Assembly (NCBI GenBank): GCA_023246355.1
Contig: JAHFIQ010000002.1
Coordinates: 118,229 to 182,228 of the forward strand
DNA length: 64,000 bases
Source of the DNA: Candidatus Uhrbacteria bacterium
GTDB lineage: Bacteria; Patescibacteriota; Patescibacteriia; UBA9934; GWF2-40-263
Reading direction: 5' to 3'
The position numbers and the translations under genes are program-made. Of the stretch, positions 55,238 to 64,000 are shown one piece after another. Below the pieces are notes generated by a model. That model did no database searches, had not been told where the DNA came from, and was given only the letters and a program-made list of their open reading frames with translations. Each line of letters starts with the position of its first letter. The stretch's first letter is position 1.

Positions 55238-56650
55238 ATGCCATTCAAAAAGAAACCCGTTGCGCCGAAGAAAGTCGTTGTACCAGAAAAAGAAGCGACA
55301 CCTCTCACAACCGCAGCTCCTGTAACCGATGAAAGCGAAGGAGGGAACTCCAAAAATCCTGAGTTGCTCCGAGGCTTTCGCGATATCATGCCAGAGGAGC
55401 AAGGGAAGTGGAATTTAGTCCGAGATGCCGTGCGCCGTTTGGCTGATGCGTACAGTTTTGATCGCATCGATCTGCCAATTTTGGAACGCGCGGATTTGTT
55501 TTTGCGAACGCTCGGGAAGGGGACGGATGTGGTAGAAAAAGAGATGTACGTGTTCACGGATCCATCCAATCGCTCCGTGGCTCTGCGTCCTGAAGCGACA
55601 GCATCGGCAGCACGCGCCTACATCAACCACGGCATGCTCGACCGTCCTCAGCCCGTGAAGCTTTGGTACATGGGACCCATGTTTCGCCACGATCGACCCC
55701 AGGCAGGTCGCTACCGTCAGTTTTACCAAGTGGGTTTTGAATCCTTTGGCGTGGATGAACCGATTGTCGACGCGCAGCTGATCGTGATCGGCATGCAGAT
55801 TTTTAAGGATCTCGGACTGGACGTGAAAGTGCAAATCAATTCGATCGGTACATCCGAGTGTCGCAAGGCATACTTGGCCGAGCTGGTCGCGTATTTCCGA
55901 CAACATCGTGCAAAACTGTCTGAGGATGACAAACGTCGTTTGCAAAAAAATCCTCTCAGAATTCTCGACAGCAAAGAAGAAGCCACGAAAGAGCTCTTGG
56001 AAGGCGCACCACAAATTTTGGATTGGCTGGATGAAAAATCCAAGGAGCATTTCATGAAGGTGCTCGAGTTTGTGGAGGAGATGGAAATTCCGTATCAGTT
56101 AAATCCGTACTTAGTGCGTGGACTCGATTATTACTCGCACACCGTGTTTGAGTTTGTGCTTGCCGATGACACAGGGGACTCCTCACAGGCAGCACTGGGC
56201 GGTGGCGGTCGCTATGATGGTCTTGTAGAAATTCTCGGCGGTCGGCCAACGCCAGCCTGTGGCTTTGCCCTTGGACTTGAACGCATCGTCAAAGCGCTTG
56301 AGGCAAAGGGAATCAATCCACCGGAACGCAGGCAGCCCGTGGTCTTTTTTGCACAATTGGGAGATGCCGCGCGACGTGTGGGACTCAAGTTGTTTGAAGA
56401 ATTTCGTCAGTCCGGAATTCCCGTTGCCGAGGCGTTTGGAAAAAATGCGCTCAAGGCACAACTGGAAGCCGCCAACAAACTTGGGGTACCGATCACGCTT
56501 ATTCTTGGACAAAAAGAGGTTCTGGATGGGACCATTATTGTTCGTGATATGGAATCCGGCGCCCAGGAAATTGTGGACGTAAAAAAGGCCGTTTCGATTG
56601 TTCAGCGCAAGCTCGTCCCTGTTGCTCTTGACAAACCAGCCCAAATTTAG
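55238..56650 (+). CDS. hisS: histidine--tRNA ligase
   Basis: RGFRD, LRPE.TA, RPQAGRYRQF, LVRGLDYY and GGGRYD; ATG at 55238. Confidence 0.97.
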   Translation: MPFKKKPVAPKKVVVPEKEATPLTTAAPVTDESEGGNSKNPELLRGFRDIMPEEQGKWNLVRDAVRRLADAYSFDRIDLPILERADLFLRTLGKGTDVVEKEMYVFTDPSNRSVALRPEATASAARAYINHGMLDRPQPVKLWYMGPMFRHDRPQAGRYRQFYQVGFESFGVDEPIVDAQLIVIGMQIFKDLGLDVKVQINSIGTSECRKAYLAELVAYFRQHRAKLSEDDKRRLQKNPLRILDSKEEATKELLEGAPQILDWLDEKSKEHFMKVLEFVEEMEIPYQLNPYLVRGLDYYSHTVFEFVLADDTGDSSQAALGGGGRYDGLVEILGGRPTPACGFALGLERIVKALEAKGINPPERRQPVVFFAQLGDAARRVGLKLFEEFRQSGIPVAEAFGKNALKAQLEAANKLGVPITLILGQKEVLDGTIIVRDMESGAQEIVDVKKAVSIVQRKLVPVALDKPAQI

Positions 56651-56692
56651 CAAACTTCCCGTTGCCATTACTCTTAATTGAAAGGAAATCCT

Positions 56693-56932
56693 GTGATTCT
56701 CGTCAAACGTAAAAAAGCTGAAAGTTTTGAAAGTTTTTATCGACGTTTCGGTCGTCGTGTGCAGCAAAGTGGTTCCGTGCTTGAATCCAAGAAGAACCGC
56801 TTCCACAAACCAGAACCATCCAAAACCAAAGTCAGAGCCTCTGCGCTTCGCCGTCTTCAGACGCGTATCAAGCGAGAATATCTCTTGCGCACCGGCCAGC
56901 TGATCGAGGAGAAGTTTCCTCAGAAGCGATAA
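56693..56932 (+). CDS. rpsU: 30S ribosomal protein S21, divergent
   Basis: VKRK..ESFES..RRF.RR....G.....K..RF...PS; sits directly upstream of yqeY. Confidence 0.75.
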   Translation: MILVKRKKAESFESFYRRFGRRVQQSGSVLESKKNRFHKPEPSKTKVRASALRRLQTRIKREYLLRTGQLIEEKFPQKR

Positions 56933-56946
56933 TGCCGCTCCAGCCT

Positions 56947-57693
56947 ATGTCTCTTCAAGAACAACTCTCAGAAGACATGAAGGCTTCCATGAAAGCCAAA
57001 GACAGTGCAACGCTTTCCACGTTGCGTTTGTTGCTTTCGGCTCTCAAGAATAAAAAAATTGATGTTCAACACGAATTGTCGGACACAGAAATTCAGGATG
57101 TCATCAAGACGCAAGTGAAGCAGTTGAAAGACTCGATTGTTTCTTTTGAGGCTGGCGGAAGATCTGATATGGTCGCGAACGCGAACGCAGAAATTTCTGT
57201 TCTTGCAAAATATTTGCCTGCTCAAATGTCTGATGAGGAATTATCAACGCTTGTTCAAAACGCGATTGCACAAACAGGTGTCACAAGCAAAGCAGATATC
57301 GGAAAAGTCATGGGCGTTGCGGTGAAGGCCTCCCAAGGTCGAGCCGATGGGGCACGTGTGAGAGAAGCCGTCATGCAACTCTTGCCTGTGTGTCTCTTGA
57401 CAGGCGTCTGTCTCTCCCAACCCGTCTTGGCGGCGATTCCGCTTACCGCTGAAAATCTTGGAGTGAATGCTTCTTCCATGGAACTCGCGCTCCGCATTTT
57501 CCGTGTGCTGATTCTCTGGCTTGGCATTCCAGCCATTTCGCTCATACTGACTGGTGGTTTTCGGTATATGATTGCCTCTTCTCGAGATCGCGAGCATCAA
57601 GAGTCTTGGGGGCTCATCATGCAAGGTTTTTTTGCCACGATGATCGTGGCTGGGCTGTTTGCCGTTTCAACCGTCGTTCTCCAGCAACTCTAA
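56947..57693 (+). CDS. GatB/YqeY domain protein fused to a VirB2/TrbC-pilin-like C-terminal region
   Basis: DMKASMKAKD..LR.L...K, YLPAQMS, GKVMG and GRADG; then PVLA and TM-GGFRYM-TM. Confidence 0.85.
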   Translation: MSLQEQLSEDMKASMKAKDSATLSTLRLLLSALKNKKIDVQHELSDTEIQDVIKTQVKQLKDSIVSFEAGGRSDMVANANAEISVLAKYLPAQMSDEELSTLVQNAIAQTGVTSKADIGKVMGVAVKASQGRADGARVREAVMQLLPVCLLTGVCLSQPVLAAIPLTAENLGVNASSMELALRIFRVLILWLGIPAISLILTGGFRYMIASSRDREHQESWGLIMQGFFATMIVAGLFAVSTVVLQQL

Positions 57694-57703
57694 ATGGAAA
57701 AAC

Positions 57704-57731
57704 AAAGCGAGCTTTTTAGAAGCTCGCTTTT
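57704..57731 (+). terminator. terminator after yqeY
   Basis: AAAGCGAGCTT..AAGCTCGCTTTT. Confidence 0.65.
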
Positions 57732-57806
57732 GCTATCCACAGATTTCCCTGCGCTCTTTTGCGAAAATGCGATACAATGAACACACGCGACTGCAAGGCG
57801 TTTCTC

Positions 57807-59618
57807 ATGATGCTACAGAGACAACACAGCCTCGCTTCCGTTTTGATGCACGCGGCGATTTTTGCCGTGGGGTTTTTTGTGTTCGTGGTGTTCGTTCATC
57901 CAATGCAGGTTTTCGCTCAGTCAACCGATCTTGAAACGCTCGGAGCCGCTTCAGGACTGCCAACCTCCGACATCGCGATTTTGATCGCGCGCATCATCCG
58001 ACAGTTTTTGATGGTGATCGGGATCATCTTTACCTGCCTGATTATTTACGCCGGCTATCTGTATTTCATGGCGCGGGGAGAACCGGAACCTGTAAAGAAA
58101 GCGAAAAAGATTCTTCAGCAATCCGTGATCGGCCTCATCATTATTTTTCTCTCCTACAGCATCGCAACGTTTATTTTGAATCGGTTGTTGGACGCGGCGT
58201 TCTCAGGAACCAGCGAAGCGATTGCAGAGCAGTATTCTGAACCACTGTCTGGATCGCTCGGCGCTGGCATTTTGGAAGATCATTATCCTGAACGTGATGC
58301 CGTGGACATTCCTCGCAACACACGGATTTTTGTCACGTTCAAAGAAGCCATTGATCCCACGACCATGATGGATGGATATACAGATGGCGATGAGCACGGA
58401 GACCTGAATACCGAATCGATTCTTATTTATCCAACCGCTGAAGGCTCCACGGCCGCTCTTGCTTCAGATGCGGTTCGGGTGACGTTTGATGACGCGTTTG
58501 AAACCTTTGTCTTTGATCCGGATGAGTATCTCGGCTCTGCAGAGGAAGACACCAACTATACGGTCGTGCTCACCACCAACATCGATAAAGCCGATGGAGA
58601 CCAAGCTTTTTCCGGCGCGTATTCAGATGGGTACAGCTGGCAGTTTGAAGTTTCAACAGAAATTGATTTGACGCCACCGTATGTGACCTCCGTGGTTCCG
58701 ATTCAGGATGCCACCGAGCCGCGCAATGTCACGATTGAAGTGGATTTTAGCGAGGCCATGGATCCAGTTGCTGGAACAGGAACATATGATGTGGCTCTGG
58801 GTGAGTTGTTTACCAATATCTCGGCGTTGGATGGGGACGCAGCCACCATCGAAGGAACCTGGGCGATCAGCAATGGCTATCGCACGATCGATTTCACAAC
58901 AACCGACGCGTGTAGTGAGGATCCTTGTGGAGATACCATCTATTGTTTGCCAGGAGGCGAACCGATTTCTGTGACCGCCAAGGCCGCCTCTGTCAATCCT
59001 GACGAGATTCCCCAAGGCGAACCAACAGGGGCCACGTTTGATGGACTAGTCGATGCCGCAGCCAATTCTTTGGATGGCGATGACGACGGCGATGCGTGTG
59101 GATCAAGTACAGATACGGTTGACTGCACAGATGGCGATGCAGATGATGACTACGATTGGAATTTTACAACCACAGACGAGATCGAAGATACGGTTCCGCA
59201 AGTGTCCACGTTGGATCCAGAGGTCGATGAGGACGAAATTAGTCAAACAGACGATCTGACCATTCTCTTCAACACGTTTCTGAAATCTTCGACCGTCAAT
59301 TCAACGTCCGCGTCTCTTTGGCCGGATCCAAATTACGAGATGTGGTTTGCGATTCGCAAGAGCAATACTGACTCGGCCACGGAAGTCTTAATGGAACACC
59401 CAACCTTTGTAAGTAACGCAGACGGCGGTTGGGATTATTGGCCAGTGCTCACGCAAGACATCAAGAGCACCTACCAAATCTGTATGTATCCGGCTATCGG
59501 TCCAAATAGTTGTACGTCCTCGCGCTCCACAAGCTACCCCTACTGTTGTGAAGGGTCTCCGTCCACTTCCGCGTGTGAGACGGATTCTGGTGACACGCTT
59601 CCTGATAATTCTGACTAG
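57807..59618 (+). CDS. pilin-like N-terminus plus Big_5 (SbsA-like) Ig domains; acidic surface protein
   Basis: Signal peptide, IIYAGYLY..ARG..KAKKIL...IGL.II, and three P.N..I.V.F.E-type Ig repeats. Confidence 0.8.
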   Translation: MMLQRQHSLASVLMHAAIFAVGFFVFVVFVHPMQVFAQSTDLETLGAASGLPTSDIAILIARIIRQFLMVIGIIFTCLIIYAGYLYFMARGEPEPVKKAKKILQQSVIGLIIIFLSYSIATFILNRLLDAAFSGTSEAIAEQYSEPLSGSLGAGILEDHYPERDAVDIPRNTRIFVTFKEAIDPTTMMDGYTDGDEHGDLNTESILIYPTAEGSTAALASDAVRVTFDDAFETFVFDPDEYLGSAEEDTNYTVVLTTNIDKADGDQAFSGAYSDGYSWQFEVSTEIDLTPPYVTSVVPIQDATEPRNVTIEVDFSEAMDPVAGTGTYDVALGELFTNISALDGDAATIEGTWAISNGYRTIDFTTTDACSEDPCGDTIYCLPGGEPISVTAKAASVNPDEIPQGEPTGATFDGLVDAAANSLDGDDDGDACGSSTDTVDCTDGDADDDYDWNFTTTDEIEDTVPQVSTLDPEVDEDEISQTDDLTILFNTFLKSSTVNSTSASLWPDPNYEMWFAIRKSNTDSATEVLMEHPTFVSNADGGWDYWPVLTQDIKSTYQICMYPAIGPNSCTSSRSTSYPYCCEGSPSTSACETDSGDTLPDNSD

Positions 59619-59623
59619 CTCCC

Positions 59624-62600
59624 ATGAACTTTCCACGAAAATCACAGGTGCTCGGCGTTTTCTTGGCACTCATGATCTGTGCCACCATTTTTGTCGCCGC
59701 GCCGGTGTTTGCCCAAGAGGTCGATACAGAAAGTTTTGCGGCCCAGGCCGGGTTTACCACAACCGCGGATATCACCACCATCATCGCAAGGCTCATTCGC
59801 ACCGCGATTAGTTTTATCGGGGTGATCGCAGTGGTGTTCGTCCTCTACGGCGGCTTCATGTTCATGACCGCTGGGGGCAATGCCGAGCGCGTGAAGACCG
59901 CGAGGAAAATTTTGATCAATGCCCTACTTGGACTTTTGTTAGTGTTTGCGTCTTTTGCGATCGTGAGTTTTATTTTGAACGCGCTCACGGACTCGACGAG
60001 TTCGGATATCACGTCTGAAGATTCTAGTTCTTCTTCCAGTTATGACGACAGTAGCTCAAGTTCGTCGTTCTATCTGCGATCCGTAAACACAGACTGTGCT
60101 GAGGCTTTGCAAAATCTTGAATTGCAGTTTGTGTTTTCCAAATCAATCGATGATTCAACCGTTGAGGACGGCATCGTGATTATGGAAGACGGTGAAACCA
60201 CAGCTGTTGATGGAACGTTTGATGTCTCAGGAAGAACCGTCACGTTCACGCCAAGCCAGGCCTGTGAGTCTCCGTACGAGGACTATTCCTGTTTTGATGC
60301 GACAACCGGCTACACGATCGAAGTCGATGCAACCGTTGTCGAGTCCTCAAATGGATCCTCGCTCGATTGCACCACCTCTTATCCTTGTTCGTTTGATTTT
60401 ACAACCGGTACAGGAGTCGACATCGAAGGGCCAACGGTTGAAATGGACGCGCCAGAGGACGGCGAATCTCTGTACATCGGGGCGATTGAAGAATTGGACG
60501 CAACCACATCTGACGATACGGGCGTCTCGACCGTTGATTTTTACCTGATTGACGATGATGAAGCACTGTATTCCTCTGGCGTTGAGCTCTCGACCCTAGG
60601 AGAGCTCACAGGTGGAAACGTTGAAAATACATTTTTTACAGACACGTCTGAGGAGTGGGCCACCACTGGTTACACCACCAACGAGCGGTACGACATCTGG
60701 GCTTCGGGATCTGATTGCGCAGGCAATGACGACACAGCCGACTCGATCGAGATTATCTTGCGTGCAGCCAACTGCAACAATGGCGTCATGGATGAAGATT
60801 TAGGAGAGACAGATGTTGACTGTGGTGGAGATGACACGAGTAGTGCTTATTACTGCGGCGCTTGTACCGGAGACGAGTGTACGGAAAATGCCGATTGTTC
60901 CAGCGGTCAATGTGTAGACGGAACTTGCGTGGAGACGCCCAAGATCGAATCGGTCTCCGCAGGGGACGGCGCGGTCGGGAATTTGATCACGATATCTGGT
61001 GAAGCGTTTGGGGATGATGAAGGCACGATCACGTTTTTGGGAACAGAAAGTGGGGACGAGATCACGGCCGCTGCCTATTCCTGCAACGATGAAACACAGT
61101 GGTCAGACACGGAAATCATCGTCCAGGTTCCCACAGGTGCCGTGGATGGCCCTGTCTCCGTCACCACTTCTGACACGACCCAGGATCCTGACCGCACCGA
61201 CGATGACTACGGTCCATCGATTGCAGATTTTGATGTGAACCTGATCGCGCGACCAGGCATCTGTATGCTCGATCCTGATTCGGGAGAAAATGAAACGGCC
61301 GTGGGCGTGTACGGAAATAGTTTTGGCTCCGAGCAGGGAACGTCGACATTTTATTTTACCAACTACGAAGCCTCTTCGTACGAAGATTGGGACGCGGCAG
61401 GAGAACAATTTACGGTCGCGGTTCCAAACGTAAACTCAGGGACGTATTATGGCCAAGTGTTTACGGGGGACTATGTGTGTCTTGATTCTCAAGGCGATGC
61501 CACAGGCGTTTCTTGTTCTGAAGATTCTGACTGCTATGCGGTGGAAGGCGTTGATGGAGGCGAGACCTGTGCGACCTCCTGGTGTTCTGAGTCGTTGGAT
61601 TATTGTTCGAGCGATGATGATTGTACAGACACAGGCGGTGATGGGTGTGAATCGATTCGTGTTGGTTCAAACGAAGTGAGGTTTGATGTTGAGGATACGT
61701 CTTCCACCACCACCCCGACAATCTCGTCTATCGATACTGGATGGCAAATGTGTACAGGAGGAACGGACGCTGGAGACCATTGTGGTGAGGATGCTGATTG
61801 TGAAAGTGGCGTGTGTATGGACGCCCCAAGTGTTGGCCCTCCTGGTCAGTACGTGACGATCTACGGGACCAACTTTGGGACCCTGCCTGGATCCGTGTTT
61901 TTGGAAAGTCAGCTCACAAGTCTCACAGCCTTGGGCGACACGGAATTTCCCGATGCCTGTGGAGAGGATTTCTGGAGTGACACCTCCATCACCATGAAAA
62001 TTCCAGAAACATACCAAACAGAAGAAAGTATTGAATATGTTCTCCACTCTTTGTATCTTGAACGCCAAGACGGAGAACAATCAGAGTCGACCAACCTGTC
62101 TGTGATCGATGACGTGCCTGGCCCATCCATTTGTGATATGGATCCAAGCGCTGGACCGGTGGGCACGAACGTGACCATTTATGGAGAAAATTTTGGAGAT
62201 AGCGACGGGGATGTTTACTTTTACAACGAGGTGCCGGCTGATGATTCCACGTTCGTTTGGGAAAATGATCAAATCAGTTCGATTGCCGTTTCAGAAGGTG
62301 TAGAAACGGGGCCTGTGTATGTGACTGAAGTGGAGAGCGGATTCTCCTCCAACTCCTCGAATTTTGAAGTCGGGGATTGTAACGAGGACGCGAGTTTGTG
62401 TGACACAGGCGAAACGTGCTGTTCAGACGGATCTTGTACCTCTTCAACTTGCGAAGCAGCAGCCGTGACCGAAGCTCACTATGCCTTCAAGGTTTCAACC
62501 GGTACCACGCCAAATACACCGGAGGTCGTGATTCAATGTGACTCCACCACTGCTTCGCCAGCCCCTTGGGAAGGCTGGAGCGATCCTGAAAACGTTTGTA

Positions 62601-64000
62601 CCAACACGTCCATCCAAGCCGAGTTCGACATGGACATGGATACCAGCACCTTCACCTCCTCAAATATTATCGTGGAGAGTTGTACAGAGTTCTATACCGC
62701 AGCCGAGGAAGCGGCGGGTGATGGAACAGAAGGGGACTGTAAAACATGGGAAGTTTTTGATGCAACTCCAGATATTACAGTCAGCGCCCGTGGTTTTACT
62801 TGGCAGCCTTATACGGTTCCGTCTTTCAGCGCTGATACAACGTATCGTGTGACACTCAACGGCAGTGGTGAGTCTGGTTCCATCCAAGCAGCTGCAAGTG
62901 CTGGCGGGGGTTATCTGGATGGAGACTATTCTTGGCAATTTACCACCAACGATGGAACGACGTTATGCGAGGTAGGCGGGGTGAATGTGAGTCCTGTCAC
63001 GGAATCGGTGAATGAAACAGGCGACATCGATTATCTTGCGAGCCTCGTCTCAGCCGATGATCAATGTGTGCCGGTGAGTTGTGATGGTCAGTCGATCGGA
63101 TGGGAGTCTGATTTTGACGGTGCGACGGTTCCTGACGGACCGTTCATGAGTGTCTGTACCAATGTGGTCACCGCGGTGTCGGAAACAGATGCCAACGATC
63201 CAGCCATCATCACCGCGACGGCGGTCAGTGCGGAAAATCAACCAGATGGCGACGGCGAGCTCACCATCAACTTTACCGATCCCGAAGTTGATTCGTATTT
63301 TCCAGACTGTTCAACAGCGTGTGTGAATGCTCTGCCTTGGGCGGAGTTTAATACCACGATGGACGCCACGACGATCACCACCTCGACCGTGACCATGTAT
63401 GAGTGTGAGGATTCGCTCTGTGCTGAATCTGAAATTGATCCTGTGGATTTTATTTCCTCCGTGAGCCTCACGTCATCTGATGACGGAAGTGATCGTCGGA
63501 TGGAAATCACGTTTGATACAGATGAGTACATGAGCGCAGACACCTGGTATCGCATTGTGCTGGATGGTGAGGCGATCCTGGCGGCAAATGGAAATCAACT
63601 TTCCGAGTCTGGGTCCAACTACGGTGATGATGCCAACCGTTACTTTGAACATGATTTTTCTTGGGTGTTTCAAACAAAAGATTCTGAGACCACATGCTCC
63701 GTGGATTCCGTTACGGTTTCACCGGACGAAACCACTGCGATGTATGTTGGTGATCGTGCGGAATTTGACGCCACAGCCTACGGTGAGCCGGATGACTGTT
63801 CCGTTGACGGCCAGGCCCTGCAATCGAGTTCCTACACCTGGTCTGCCTGGGGAGCACGTGATGTGTTGAATTTGGTTGGCGCGGCCACAGGGTCATCGAG
63901 TGATCAAAGCGACATTGTTGCCTACATGATCCAAGAAGGTGAAATTGAGCTCACCAGTGACTTGCCTGCGTACTGCTCTGCAAGCTGTTTGAATATCGGC
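59624..64000 (+). CDS. giant pilin-anchored surface protein with Ig/IPT and Cys-rich repeats (partial, at least 1459 aa; runs off the right edge)
   Basis: MNFPRK...PVFAQ signal, LYGGFMFMTAGGN.ERVK.A pilin motif, repeated TIYG.NFG IPT motifs. The end of the window is in the same frame, and the ORF track lists no closed ORF in it. Confidence 0.85.
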   Translation, partial: MNFPRKSQVLGVFLALMICATIFVAAPVFAQEVDTESFAAQAGFTTTADITTIIARLIRTAISFIGVIAVVFVLYGGFMFMTAGGNAERVKTARKILINALLGLLLVFASFAIVSFILNALTDSTSSDITSEDSSSSSSYDDSSSSSSFYLRSVNTDCAEALQNLELQFVFSKSIDDSTVEDGIVIMEDGETTAVDGTFDVSGRTVTFTPSQACESPYEDYSCFDATTGYTIEVDATVVESSNGSSLDCTTSYPCSFDFTTGTGVDIEGPTVEMDAPEDGESLYIGAIEELDATTSDDTGVSTVDFYLIDDDEALYSSGVELSTLGELTGGNVENTFFTDTSEEWATTGYTTNERYDIWASGSDCAGNDDTADSIEIILRAANCNNGVMDEDLGETDVDCGGDDTSSAYYCGACTGDECTENADCSSGQCVDGTCVETPKIESVSAGDGAVGNLITISGEAFGDDEGTITFLGTESGDEITAAAYSCNDETQWSDTEIIVQVPTGAVDGPVSVTTSDTTQDPDRTDDDYGPSIADFDVNLIARPGICMLDPDSGENETAVGVYGNSFGSEQGTSTFYFTNYEASSYEDWDAAGEQFTVAVPNVNSGTYYGQVFTGDYVCLDSQGDATGVSCSEDSDCYAVEGVDGGETCATSWCSESLDYCSSDDDCTDTGGDGCESIRVGSNEVRFDVEDTSSTTTPTISSIDTGWQMCTGGTDAGDHCGEDADCESGVCMDAPSVGPPGQYVTIYGTNFGTLPGSVFLESQLTSLTALGDTEFPDACGEDFWSDTSITMKIPETYQTEESIEYVLHSLYLERQDGEQSESTNLSVIDDVPGPSICDMDPSAGPVGTNVTIYGENFGDSDGDVYFYNEVPADDSTFVWENDQISSIAVSEGVETGPVYVTEVESGFSSNSSNFEVGDCNEDASLCDTGETCCSDGSCTSSTCEAAAVTEAHYAFKVSTGTTPNTPEVVIQCDSTTASPAPWEGWSDPENVCTNTSIQAEFDMDMDTSTFTSSNIIVESCTEFYTAAEEAAGDGTEGDCKTWEVFDATPDITVSARGFTWQPYTVPSFSADTTYRVTLNGSGESGSIQAAASAGGGYLDGDYSWQFTTNDGTTLCEVGGVNVSPVTESVNETGDIDYLASLVSADDQCVPVSCDGQSIGWESDFDGATVPDGPFMSVCTNVVTAVSETDANDPAIITATAVSAENQPDGDGELTINFTDPEVDSYFPDCSTACVNALPWAEFNTTMDATTITTSTVTMYECEDSLCAESEIDPVDFISSVSLTSSDDGSDRRMEITFDTDEYMSADTWYRIVLDGEAILAANGNQLSESGSNYGDDANRYFEHDFSWVFQTKDSETTCSVDSVTVSPDETTAMYVGDRAEFDATAYGEPDDCSVDGQALQSSSYTWSAWGARDVLNLVGAATGSSSDQSDIVAYMIQEGEIELTSDLPAYCSASCLNIG

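Overview
This window looks like chromosomal DNA from a Patescibacteria (CPR) bacterium, probably Parcubacteria/ABY1 (Uhrbacteria-like). That is an inference from the missing rpmD, the GAD-less AspRS, the DUF5671, Gmad2 and LGAGC-lipoprotein genes, and the giant VirB2-pilin/Ig proteins. 0.4-13.9 kb holds tuf, the S10-spc ribosomal protein cluster, secY, adk, map and ruvX. 13.9-41.4 kb holds housekeeping genes (recO, asnS, ddl, aspS, scpAB, parAB, rel, topA, dprA, pth, der), three tRNAs and scattered accessory genes. 41.4-54.5 kb is a patchwork of accessory nucleic-acid genes (repeat-tailed helicase, HNH nuclease, divergent RNase III, sigma70, Zn/wHTH protein, HrpB-like and SF2 helicases, orphan ParB) around an LCP gene and tRNA-Val. 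54.6-64 kb holds lepB, hisS, rpsU, a YqeY-pilin fusion and giant pilin-Ig surface proteins. Best candidates for new biology: (1) an NYN/PIN RNase gene met head-on by two tandem paralogous small-RNA units, each with a predicted promoter and terminator, one complementary to the start region of the next gene; (2) a dispersed 9-bp minisatellite inserted in-frame in four unrelated genes in both orientations; (3) a 130-nt rod-like RNA next to tRNA-Val and a divergent RNase III-sigma operon; (4) modular repeat proteins (5x CCCH zinc finger; helicase with five variable repeats). All calls come from reading the sequence by eye; no database searches or folding programs were run.
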